The position numbers and the translations under genes are program-made. DNA of 64,000 bases from Lachnospiraceae bacterium (GTDB lineage Bacteria > Bacillota > Clostridia > Lachnospirales > Lachnospiraceae): the NCBI GenBank assembly GCA_017936885.1, contig JAGBEO010000001.1, forward strand, positions 1,733 through 65,732, given 5' to 3'. The notes below the pieces were generated by a model that saw nothing but the letters and a program-made list of their open reading frames with translations, was not told the DNA's origin and searched no databases. This document shows positions 18,617 through 26,828 of this stretch, in pieces (within the stretch, counting starts at the first letter, position 1; the number at the start of each line of letters is the position of its first letter).

Positions 18617-20008
18617 TCACTTTACCGGCAACTGTGAGTACAGGACTTTGCCAGACTCATTATGCGGAATTTCATCAATATGTTTAACAGAAAACGCTGT
18701 TCTATTTAAACCTGTTTTGGAAGAGATAAATTCAACTAGTTTTTCGCAATCATCCGCAGTTGTATAAACAAGCATATGATCATCTTCGCCAACACATGCG
18801 ACTTCATATCCTTCTTTACCAAAAAGGTCTTCTACTTCTACCAAATTTACACGATTACCAAAAATTTTAAGGAAACGTTTCTTTCTGCCAACTACATAAT
18901 AAAAACCATCCTTATCTCTTTTAGCCATATCTCCAGTCTCAAGGCGGCCTTTTCGTTCATCACCCTTATTCAGATCTTCTCTGGATTCTGCATATCCAGG
19001 GGTAACATTTGGTCCATAATAAACCAATTCGCCAACTTGCTCTGGCTCAGTAATCACACTGCCATCCACATCAATAAGTTCAAAATGTCCACCAGGGATT
19101 GCAATGCCAATACTTCCGGCTTTTTCTACCGTTTTATCTGCAGGTACATAACTCATTCTTGCTGTAGCTTCAGTAGCGCCATACATAACTACAAGTGCCT
19201 TCCCTTTTTCACGCATACCTAACCCAAACTTACCGTGAAGCTCTTCTCCCAATCTTCCTCCTGCCTGAGTAATATATCTGAGAGAAGGGAGATCCATTTG
19301 AAGAAAACGTAATTTATCCAACATTTGATATGTATAAGGAACTGCACCAAAAGTAGTAGCCTGAGACTTCTGGAAGTAATCCCAAAAACCTCTGTCAAAG
19401 AAGGTCTGTTCTGTTAGTATAAGTCTTGCTCCTGCCAAAAGATGTGACTGGACAATTGATAGTCCATAAGTGTAATTCATTGGCAAAGTTGTTATTGCCC
19501 TATCTTGCGGAAGAATCCCTAAATATTTAACGATAGCTTCGGTATTGGACTGAATATTGACATATGTTTGTCTCACGAATTTAGGACTCCCTGTACTACC
19601 GGATGTTGTCAGCATAACAGCTAAATCTTCATCCATTGCCGGAACCTGTGTTCCGGTTTCGATAAGTTTATAATTCTCCATCTCATATACAGGCAAATTA
19701 TCTACGAAATCATTTGGGCACCAAATATACTGTGGCTTGTAAATATTTACAAGATTTTCATACAATGCCCTATCAATTGTATGACCAAGCATTACTGGCA
19801 CAATCCCTTTTTGAAGGAAACCAACATATCCAGCAACTGCCCCAATTGAATTTTGGCAAATGCAAAAAAGCAACGAACGCTGCGAAATACGGCTTGAAAT
19901 TTCCTGAGCCATTTTATCCAGCTGCCCATAAGTAATTTCTCTGGATTCCTCCATCAATGCTACGGAATCCTCAAATTGTGCAAGATTGCACCAAAAATAA
20001 TTGCTCAT
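18617..20008 (-). CDS. AMP-binding adenylate-forming ligase (acyl/aminoacyl-carrier-protein ligase-like)
   Basis: TTSGSTGSPKFV, YGATEA and GDMAKRDKDGFYYVVGRKKRFLKIFGNRV core motifs. It sits immediately downstream of the carrier-protein gene. Confidence 0.85.
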   Translation of the reverse strand: MSNYFWCNLAQFEDSVALMEESREITYGQLDKMAQEISSRISQRSLLFCICQNSIGAVAGYVGFLQKGIVPVMLGHTIDRALYENLVNIYKPQYIWCPNDFVDNLPVYEMENYKLIETGTQVPAMDEDLAVMLTTSGSTGSPKFVRQTYVNIQSNTEAIVKYLGILPQDRAITTLPMNYTYGLSIVQSHLLAGARLILTEQTFFDRGFWDYFQKSQATTFGAVPYTYQMLDKLRFLQMDLPSLRYITQAGGRLGEELHGKFGLGMREKGKALVVMYGATEATARMSYVPADKTVEKAGSIGIAIPGGHFELIDVDGSVITEPEQVGELVYYGPNVTPGYAESREDLNKGDERKGRLETGDMAKRDKDGFYYVVGRKKRFLKIFGNRVNLVEVEDLFGKEGYEVACVGEDDHMLVYTTADDCEKLVEFISSKTGLNRTAFSVKHIDEIPHNESGKVLYSQLPVK

Positions 20009-20020
20009 TCTTACTACCTC

Positions 20021-20260
20021 TTAAATTTCCACTTCGTATTTCTTCAGAATTTCTTTTCCTTTTAAATAGGAAGAAAAATCAATAATATCATCCGTATCCA
20101 TCATAATATCAAATGCATCCTCAAGCGCAGCAACAAGCGACATATGACCAACAGAGTCCCATTGCTCAACACCCATATACTGAAGACTATCGAAGTCTGG
20201 ATTTGCCAGTTCGAAAGTTTCGCAAAATGCCTGATTATACTTTTCTAAATTTGTCATCAT
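20021..20260 (-). CDS. Acyl carrier protein (phosphopantetheine-binding, DltC-like)
   Basis: 79 aa, acidic, with the WDSVGHMSLV serine attachment motif. Confidence 0.8.
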   Translation of the reverse strand: MMTNLEKYNQAFCETFELANPDFDSLQYMGVEQWDSVGHMSLVAALEDAFDIMMDTDDIIDFSSYLKGKEILKKYEVEI

Positions 20261-20305
20261 TATTCTCCTTTTTTGAAAAAAAATTATTAATCATGTTGAA
20301 AAGAA

Positions 20306-20977
20306 TTACTCCTCCTCAACTATTTTCCTATACTTCATTTTATTTGCCGGAATACCGGCCACCTTCTGATCAGGCTTTATATTAGCAAATACCATGCTTC
20401 CCGAGTAAACTTGGACATTGTCTCCGATTTGTATATGTTCCATTAAGAAAGCATGACTCCCAATCCGAACCTTCTTACCTATATCAGCATTTGTAATATT
20501 GGCAAGTGCATCTATTGTCGTATATGCACCTACATGAGCGGCTCCCGCCATAACATTTATCATCGTCACAAACTCATCAAATACCGCCCCATCTTTAAAA
20601 CTATAATTTGATATTACACAGCCTTCACCTATATGGAGATGATCCGGCACCAAAGTCCAAGGAGTAAGAATTGTCAAAAAATCTGCGCCTTTATCTTTCA
20701 GAATTTTCGCAAAGTGTTCTTTACTTTCAGGATTTTTTATTCCCATAACATATTGTTCATTTTTAGTTGGCTGCCATGAATCTATATCTCCTAAAATTGG
20801 TTTAATGCTATTGTCAACCAATCTAAACGGATGCGAGTGGTTAGAAATAAAACCCATAATATTGTATGTGTCATTAGATAACCGTTCTTTTTCAACATAA
20901 CCATTGATCTCATTTAAAATTGAATATATTTCTAATCCAAATAAATCCTCACAGACTATGATTACATTTTTTTGCAT
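20306..20977 (-). CDS. NeuD/PglD-type sugar N/O-acyltransferase (left-handed beta-helix), paralog 2
   Basis: N-terminal Rossmann-like NVIIVCEDLFG followed by C-terminal hexapeptide repeats. Paralogous to the adjacent gene. Confidence 0.75.
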   Translation of the reverse strand: MQKNVIIVCEDLFGLEIYSILNEINGYVEKERLSNDTYNIMGFISNHSHPFRLVDNSIKPILGDIDSWQPTKNEQYVMGIKNPESKEHFAKILKDKGADFLTILTPWTLVPDHLHIGEGCVISNYSFKDGAVFDEFVTMINVMAGAAHVGAYTTIDALANITNADIGKKVRIGSHAFLMEHIQIGDNVQVYSGSMVFANIKPDQKVAGIPANKMKYRKIVEEE

Positions 20978-20997
20978 ATAATTAACCTTTCTATGCT

Positions 20998-21642
20998 TTA
21001 CATCTGCGATTCAACCGCAGGAAATCCAAATACTTTCTTATCTGAAGGAATATCTTTTGTTACAATACTTCCTGCTGAAATATTGACATTACTGCCTACT
21101 GTTACTCCTTCCGTAACAACTGCATGACTGCCAACATAAACGCCCTCACCAATAGACGCATTTTCAACAACTGCAAATCCTGTTGTGGTACTGTAATCTC
21201 CAATAACAGCTCCCGGCATAATCATTGATCCGTGCATATTAACATAGTTTCCTATCTTTACACCACTTGCGATATGGTAAGCTTTTATCAGGCAGCCTTC
21301 ACCAATTATTAAATCTTCAGGAAGAATAACATAAGGTGCAATAATTGTTTCAAACTGGCAACCTCTGTCTTTGAGCTTTTCCACGACTTCTTTCTTTGAT
21401 GAAGGCTTGCCTAATCCAAGTGCATAGGCTTCATGTCCAACAGGTTTCCAATCTTTAATTGTCCCTAAAATAGGAAGATCAATTTCTGTATTATCTAAAG
21501 CATCCGGAATATCATTAATAAATCCCAATAAATTGTATGGTTCCTCTTTCCCATCTTTTTTTGCAGCCTGGTTTATTTTTCTTATGGTATAGTACATTTC
21601 TTTTCCATAACTGCCCGCACATACAATAATGATATCTTTCAT
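20998..21642 (-). CDS. NeuD/PglD-type sugar N/O-acyltransferase (left-handed beta-helix), paralog 1
   Basis: MKDIIIVCAGSYGKE N-terminus and hexapeptide repeats (IGEGVYVGSHAVVTEGVTVGSNVNISAGSIV). Confidence 0.75.
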   Translation of the reverse strand: MKDIIIVCAGSYGKEMYYTIRKINQAAKKDGKEEPYNLLGFINDIPDALDNTEIDLPILGTIKDWKPVGHEAYALGLGKPSSKKEVVEKLKDRGCQFETIIAPYVILPEDLIIGEGCLIKAYHIASGVKIGNYVNMHGSMIMPGAVIGDYSTTTGFAVVENASIGEGVYVGSHAVVTEGVTVGSNVNISAGSIVTKDIPSDKKVFGFPAVESQM

Positions 21643-21663
21643 AGTTATCCTCTTATTTTTTTA

Positions 21664-22626
21664 TCAATTAACTTTGAATGACTTTTTGAAAGAGTACTTT
21701 AAGCTTCGTCTACACCCTACACTTTCTTTAAAATCACATAATCCATAATTTGGAATACTGTCCTCTGTTGCTATTTCTTTGTTCAATATCTTATAGCCTA
21801 AATTTCCATAATAATTAATAGTAAAATAGGTCAGCATATTCATTCCATTATCTCCTGCATGATCAGGAAGTGTCCCTGTATATATGCCCTGTACAATTTC
21901 TTTATTAATTCGATATAAAAATTCAGCAACTATCCCAATCTCCCCATTTCTTACGATAAACACATCATGATCTACTAATTTCATTGTATCCATCAATTGT
22001 TCAAAAGACATACGAACGGGAAATCCTTTAAACTCATGTCCCATTTTCACTATTTCATATGCCTCAGCATATTCTTCTTCCGTTTCACATTTTTGAATGG
22101 TGAGACCATTTCTCTGTGCGCGTCTTAAACTCTTTCTTCCTTTAGCTGTAATCAATTGACCATAAGATTCGACATCAACATTCATCTCCTCTAAATCAAT
22201 TGCATAATTCACATCTATTTTAGTCAGTTCATAATTACATCGATAGAATGAACTAATCCATGCAGACAAAATATGCTCATCATAAAACATAGGAGGAAAA
22301 GTAAATCTAATTTCTGACACTCCAATGCTAATACAATAATTTTCTAAAGCCTGCACCGCCTCATCGTATGTAGCTAATTTTTCATTCTTTTTAATTTCCA
22401 CGGGATAAGAATAAGATGCCGAAAAAGGGCATTTAACCAAATCACCCGTTCTACCTAATATCAAACCAAATTTTGCAGCCTTCTCTCTCATAAATATAAG
22501 ATAATAGACCTCATCAACTTTATCCCTATTCAATTCACAAAAAACCGGCTCATTAAAAAATATACGTCTATCTAAGACCAAACTTGTATATTCTTCTGCC
22601 GTAACTCTTAAAACATCCATAAACAA
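21664..22626 (-). CDS. FemAB/GNAT-fold acyl(aminoacyl)transferase-like protein
   Basis: About 320 aa with a two-lobed layout and a GRKSLRRAQRNGL segment reminiscent of FemAB/Acetyltransf_6 proteins found in glycan loci. The assignment is tentative. Confidence 0.4.
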   Translation of the reverse strand: MFMDVLRVTAEEYTSLVLDRRIFFNEPVFCELNRDKVDEVYYLIFMREKAAKFGLILGRTGDLVKCPFSASYSYPVEIKKNEKLATYDEAVQALENYCISIGVSEIRFTFPPMFYDEHILSAWISSFYRCNYELTKIDVNYAIDLEEMNVDVESYGQLITAKGRKSLRRAQRNGLTIQKCETEEEYAEAYEIVKMGHEFKGFPVRMSFEQLMDTMKLVDHDVFIVRNGEIGIVAEFLYRINKEIVQGIYTGTLPDHAGDNGMNMLTYFTINYYGNLGYKILNKEIATEDSIPNYGLCDFKESVGCRRSLKYSFKKSFKVN

Positions 22627-22634
22627 TTAATCCC

Positions 22635-23441
22635 TTATACTTTTCCGTAAAGTTCTTTCGCCGTATTCATACTTAGTGCATGTCCTTGCTCATCATATCC
22701 GACAAAATAAGATGCCGCATTTCCTTTCGCGCGTCGGTCTCTTACCTTTACTTCAAAAACCATCTTTACCAATAAGAAACACATACGGATATCTGTTATT
22801 AAACTCACATGCTCGACATACCAAATATCATTTTCAAACTGAATGTGGTACTGACACAGTCGTTCGCCTTCAGGCATAATAACACGAGGGCATTCCAATC
22901 CAGGTCGAACAACTGTCCTCATTTTATGTCTATCATTCATACGATCATGAAAAAACATCGGTAAAGGTCTGGGTCCAATAATGGACATGTCACCCTTTAA
23001 TACACTCCAAAAATTTAATAATTCATCCAAAGAATACTTGCGCATAATACGACCAAACTTGGTAACTCTCTCAGAAACCGGTAAGAGCTGCCCATTTTTA
23101 TCCTTATTATTATTCATATTTCTAAATTTAACTAACACGAATTCCTTGCCATCTTTTCCGCATCTGGATTGCTTGTATAAGATCGGGCTTCCCACATCTA
23201 TAAATGTACAAATTGCAAAAATCAGATTAAACGGCAAAAGAACTGTACACGCCGATAGCGATATCACAATATCTATCACTCTTTTACCATACTTTGTATA
23301 AAAAGTTTTTTTCGGGCATACTTTTTTTGCAACTTCGTTGGCATGAACAAGATTTTTAGTTCTTAACATTTCTGCCATTTCAGCTTCATTCCAAGAGATC
23401 AGGCTTGAATTTCCCACATATTTCTTTTCATCTATAATCAT
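22635..23441 (-). CDS. Small monotopic phosphoglycosyl transferase (PglC/WbaP C-terminal-type priming sugar transferase)
   Basis: KRVIDIVISL...SPILYKQSRCGKDGKEFVLVKFRNM...LDELLNFWSVLKGDMSIIGPRP is the bacterial sugar-transferase signature. Confidence 0.88.
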   Translation of the reverse strand: MIIDEKKYVGNSSLISWNEAEMAEMLRTKNLVHANEVAKKVCPKKTFYTKYGKRVIDIVISLSACTVLLPFNLIFAICTFIDVGSPILYKQSRCGKDGKEFVLVKFRNMNNNKDKNGQLLPVSERVTKFGRIMRKYSLDELLNFWSVLKGDMSIIGPRPLPMFFHDRMNDRHKMRTVVRPGLECPRVIMPEGERLCQYHIQFENDIWYVEHVSLITDIRMCFLLVKMVFEVKVRDRRAKGNAASYFVGYDEQGHALSMNTAKELYGKV

Positions 23442-23456
23442 CTATAATTAAAAACC

Positions 23457-24566
23457 TCAGAATTCATTAATAACATCAATCACATACTGCACTTCTTCAT
23501 TTGACATACCATAATACATTGGCAGACTTAGCTCTGTGGCACTGATTTCTTCTGCAATAGGATAATCACCTTGTTTAAAGTCTAAATCTTTGTAACACTT
23601 TTGCAAATGCATAGGAATAGGATAATGTTTATTCGTACCAACTCCCTTATTTTTAAGATACGCTTCCAATTCATCTCTTCTCTTACAACGAATTCCAAAA
23701 ATATGCCAAACCGGAACTGCATCCTCAATTATGTATGGAAGAATCACATCCGGATTCTTAATTCCTTTCAAGTATCGATCTGCTATTCTACGTCTTTCTA
23801 CATTCATTCTCTCAAGATGCGGAAGCTTTGCCGCAAGAAATGCCGCCTGCATTTCATCAAGTCTGGAATTGTGCCCCTGATAAATGTGATGATATTTATA
23901 ATCAGAACCATAATTGCCCAAAGCTCTTACTCTATCAGCCAGTTCTCTATTGTTGGTCAATGCCGCGCCAGCATCACCAAGTGCTCCCAGATTCTTGCCC
24001 GGATAAAAACTAAAACCTGCCGCATTACCAAAAGAGCCTACCTTCTTCCCTTTATATGTTGCACCATGAGCCTGTGCGCAATCCTCAATCACATACAAAT
24101 TATGCCGTTTTGCAATTTCCATGATTGGATCCATATCACAAGGTTGACCATAAAGATGTACCGGCATAATAGCTTTTGTCTTATCTGAAACAGCTGATTC
24201 TATTTTGCGTGGATCTATATTAAAGGTTCTGATATCTGGCTCTACAAAAACAATCGTTGCTCCCACATATGTGACGGCTAAGGCTGTTGCAATATATGTA
24301 TTGGAAGGTATAATAACTTCATCTCCTGATTTAATATCGAGTGCTTTCAGGATAAGCATCAATGCGTCAAGACCATTGCCAACACCAACACAGTAATTAA
24401 CTGTACAATATTCAGCAAAAGCTTTCTCAAACTTTTCGTCTTCTTTACCATCAATATACCAACTTCGTGTATATACTCTCTCAAATGCAGTTCTCAAATC
24501 TTTATCTAATTCACGCTCCATTGGAAGAAAACTAACAAAAGGGATTTCCATAATCTCATTCCTCAT
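23457..24566 (-). CDS. DegT/DnrJ/EryC1-family PLP-dependent sugar aminotransferase (FdtB/QdtB-like)
   Basis: Full-length match to the family layout and adjacency to the 3,4-ketoisomerase gene. The start may be the Met at 24551. Confidence 0.88.
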   Translation of the reverse strand: MRNEIMEIPFVSFLPMERELDKDLRTAFERVYTRSWYIDGKEDEKFEKAFAEYCTVNYCVGVGNGLDALMLILKALDIKSGDEVIIPSNTYIATALAVTYVGATIVFVEPDIRTFNIDPRKIESAVSDKTKAIMPVHLYGQPCDMDPIMEIAKRHNLYVIEDCAQAHGATYKGKKVGSFGNAAGFSFYPGKNLGALGDAGAALTNNRELADRVRALGNYGSDYKYHHIYQGHNSRLDEMQAAFLAAKLPHLERMNVERRRIADRYLKGIKNPDVILPYIIEDAVPVWHIFGIRCKRRDELEAYLKNKGVGTNKHYPIPMHLQKCYKDLDFKQGDYPIAEEISATELSLPMYYGMSNEEVQYVIDVINEF

Positions 24567-25005
24567 CCTGCTTCTTTTTTACATATGCTAAGTACTCATC
24601 ATAATCTCTAATGTATTCATCCGGATCATAGTATTCAGAAGCAGCGACACAGAGTACAGAATCATCATGTTTCCATATCATTTCTCTCCAAAGCCCCGGA
24701 TGAAGAACCAACCCTTTAGATGGCTCATCTAATGTCACCGTTTCGATATCTACACCGTCATTTAGAATAATTTCTATTGAACCATACGGACAAAAAAGTA
24801 ATTGCCAATTTTCTTTATGTGCATGAAAACCTCTATGCTGATTTTTTTCAGTTCTGTAAATGCAATAAACTCTCTGGATTGAAAATGGAATATCTCTTTT
24901 ACTCTCAACAAAAGACAAACCACCTAATTTGGGATCCGGATTCATTACAGTGTTAAGATTCATCAACTCGTACTTCATAACTAATTTCCTTTTCAAATTA
25001 ATCAT
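24556..25005 (-). CDS. FdtA/QdtA-type (WxcM-like cupin) dTDP-4-keto-6-deoxyhexose 3,4-ketoisomerase
   Basis: [44 protein letters not shown] is the family signature. The start codon is uncertain (alternative Met at 24978). Confidence 0.8.
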   Translation of the reverse strand: MINLKRKLVMKYELMNLNTVMNPDPKLGGLSFVESKRDIPFSIQRVYCIYRTEKNQHRGFHAHKENWQLLFCPYGSIEIILNDGVDIETVTLDEPSKGLVLHPGLWREMIWKHDDSVLCVAASEYYDPDEYIRDYDEYLAYVKKKQDEE

Positions 25006-25317
25006 TATATTTCATTAATAACATCAAAAATATTCTTATATATCTCATTAATACCGCTTATCATACCATTATTTCAACAATAACTCCTCTTCAAACCAAG
25101 TCACTTATGAACATTTAAGTATCCCCTCTGGTATGATAATTTCAACCTTTTAATATTCAAATTCAAAGAATCATTTTAAAAATTAGTTCTATTTTCATTT
25201 AATAATTTTCCACCTCGATAAATTATATTCAACGTAGTATAATAGATCCGCTACAAATACATTTATTGTTAACCATACCTCGCTTTTTTGTTTCACAATA
25301 AAAAACTCCCAACATAA

Positions 25318-25337
25318 GACAATTACATACCTTACAT
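25318..25337. repeat. Left arm of a perfect 20-bp inverted repeat flanking Rpn copy B
   Basis: GACAATTACATACCTTACAT is the exact reverse complement of 26555-26574. Confidence 0.95.
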
Positions 25338-25390
25338 CAGGAGTTTCTTCCATAAATATTATTCAGCTGTATAATTTCAGACCTTTCTTC

Positions 25391-26287
25391 CTATCTTCCA
25401 GCTTCTGCAAGCACAAGCTCTTCCTTCGTGCAGTTCAGAATACTCATAATCAAATCTTCTTCCAGTCCAACCTGCAACATCTTCTGCATCGTTTGATGTC
25501 TTTCTTCTGCTCTGCCAATTTCTCTTTCTTCTTTCATCCAATCATCCAATGCTTTACACATAGGCATTCCCTCCTCTACCTGCTCAAACAGTCTGTCATT
25601 CCCCAGATGCACAGCAATCACCCGCTCTGTTTCCCGACTGAGTTTCCGAAATCTTTCCGTTTGACACAGTTCCTTTAATTGTTTCTTATCTCTACGGCAC
25701 TGCATCGCCTGAAAGAATTCCCTCAAATCTGTGCAATACTTTTCAGGCTGAACATACTCTGTCTCTATAAGCGGGAAATCATAATCCCAAAGTCTCCTGC
25801 CAAGCTGATGCTTTACCTGTTCCGAAACCCGAAACATCTCCCAAAGCTTCATTTTGCCTTCCCAGTGCCCTTCCCCTATATAAAGAACTATCGTCACAGT
25901 TGGAATCAGAAAGTCGCTTTCCTTCAAGCGGCTCTTCTTATCACGGTATTTCTTATATTCTCCTTTGTCTCTATGTGCCTTGTAAATCTCTCGTATCTGA
26001 TATTCATACTCGCTGGCATCATAAGTCATGACACGTTCCGGCATACTATAATCAGACTCTGTCTCAATTTCCAATCCATAGCAGATGTTCTGTCCGGTAT
26101 CCTGCATCAGCACATCCCTGACTTTCTCACCGGATGACGATGCAAGGGAAGGATAACTTCTCTTAAGCAACTTCAATCTATCCGGCACAAGAATTTCCTT
26201 TCCGTGATACAGTTCCGTGTTAATCAGTTCCGCAAACCGCTCCCGGTCACCAAAGAATTTTTTATCCAGTATGTCAAATTTTCCCAT
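25391..26287 (-). CDS. Rpn (YhgA-like) family recombination-promoting nuclease / putative transposase, copy B
   Basis: MGKFDILDKKFF... is collinear with copy A (same EIE.ESDYSMPER core). Start is placed at the Met equivalent to the copy A start, preceded by GGAAAGGGG. Confidence 0.8.
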   Translation of the reverse strand: MGKFDILDKKFFGDRERFAELINTELYHGKEILVPDRLKLLKRSYPSLASSSGEKVRDVLMQDTGQNICYGLEIETESDYSMPERVMTYDASEYEYQIREIYKAHRDKGEYKKYRDKKSRLKESDFLIPTVTIVLYIGEGHWEGKMKLWEMFRVSEQVKHQLGRRLWDYDFPLIETEYVQPEKYCTDLREFFQAMQCRRDKKQLKELCQTERFRKLSRETERVIAVHLGNDRLFEQVEEGMPMCKALDDWMKEEREIGRAEERHQTMQKMLQVGLEEDLIMSILNCTKEELVLAEAGR

Positions 26288-26352
26288 ATACCCCTTTCCG
26301 GCTGTATGTATCACACTACTGTACTGCATACAATATCGCAGCTTCTTACCAC

Positions 26353-26445
26353 CAGCCATTTTCATTTATTTATGTGAAATATGGCTGATAACGCCGGAAC
26401 CGGATATATCCGGTTATGCAATCCAGAACAGGATTGGAATTTCAC
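26353..26445 (-). promoter_or_regulatory. Structured 5' leader element of Rpn copy B
   Basis: Same architecture as copy A: GTGAAAT (26374-26380) / ATTTCAC (26439-26445), hairpins AACCGGAT..ATCCGGTT and CAATCC-AGAACA-GGATTG, and an alternative stem CAGCCAT (26353-26359) / ATGGCTG (26381-26387). Confidence 0.55.
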
Positions 26446-26475
26446 TATGAAAGTAACGTTCTTTCATTTAAGTGA

Positions 26476-26504
26476 ATTATAAGGAATCCTTTTTCTTATG
26501 TCAA
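26476..26504 (-). promoter_or_regulatory. Consensus sigma-70-type promoter of Rpn copy B
   Basis: The minus strand reads TTGACA, a 17-nt spacer, then TATAAT (-35 at 26504-26499, -10 at 26481-26476). Confidence 0.7.
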
Positions 26505-26554
26505 TAGGATTTACGAAAAAATATAAACTTTTTTTCGTTCACCCTGTTCTTCTA

Positions 26555-26574
26555 ATGTAAGGTATGTAATTGTC
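26555..26574. repeat. Right arm of the perfect 20-bp inverted repeat flanking Rpn copy B
   Basis: ATGTAAGGTATGTAATTGTC is the reverse complement of 25318-25337. Confidence 0.95.
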
Positions 26575-26690
26575 AAGGTACATTTATTTCATTTTTCAGG
26601 ATACACAACAAAACCTACGTCCCATTCATCTTCTATTCATCCGGCGTAGGTAGGCTCATTCGGGTAGAACATAACCGCACTACGGAAATA

Positions 26691-26701
26691 CCCCCCCCCC
26701 C
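26691..26701. repeat. Homopolymeric C11 (G11 on the minus strand) tract
   Basis: Eleven consecutive C residues in intergenic DNA between the cps conserved module and the Rpn-B unit. Confidence 0.95.
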
Positions 26702-26754
26702 GAAAAAATATCAACTTTTTCACTTAATATCGGAATAATCCTTTTTGAAAACAT

Positions 26755-26774
26755 GCTGCCACCGAAGTGGCAGC
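26755..26774 (-). terminator. Putative terminator hairpin downstream of the secreted-protein gene
   Basis: GCTGCCAC-CGAA-GTGGCAGC (8-bp stem, tetraloop), followed on the minus strand by ATGTTTTCAAAAAGG. It is preceded by the palindrome T6GAATTCA6 at 26792-26809. Confidence 0.5.
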
Positions 26775-26828
26775 ACGCCACCCCACACTCGTTTTTTGAA
26801 TTCAAAAAAGTTATCCCTTAATCAAAGA

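Noticed and set aside
23601-24188. A 195-aa ORF on the plus strand inside the aminotransferase gene. Similar long antisense ORFs occur at 52501-53355, 54530-55420, 36678-37262 and 18776-19222.
   Set aside because: They are shadow ORFs antisense to well-supported genes. Their composition is low-complexity and biased, and they have no recognisable motifs or ribosome-binding sites.
25006-25317. An independent promoter for the FdtA-like operon, for example TATAAT in the reverse complement near 25226.
   Set aside because: There is no acceptable -35 or extended -10 at the right spacing. A weak promoter cannot be ruled out, and TSS mapping would decide.
26792-26809. A perfect palindrome TTTTTTGAATTCAAAAAA immediately after the secreted-protein gene.
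   Set aside because: It is most simply part of the bidirectional A/T-rich terminator region next to the GC hairpin at 26755-26774. There is no evidence for a specific protein site.
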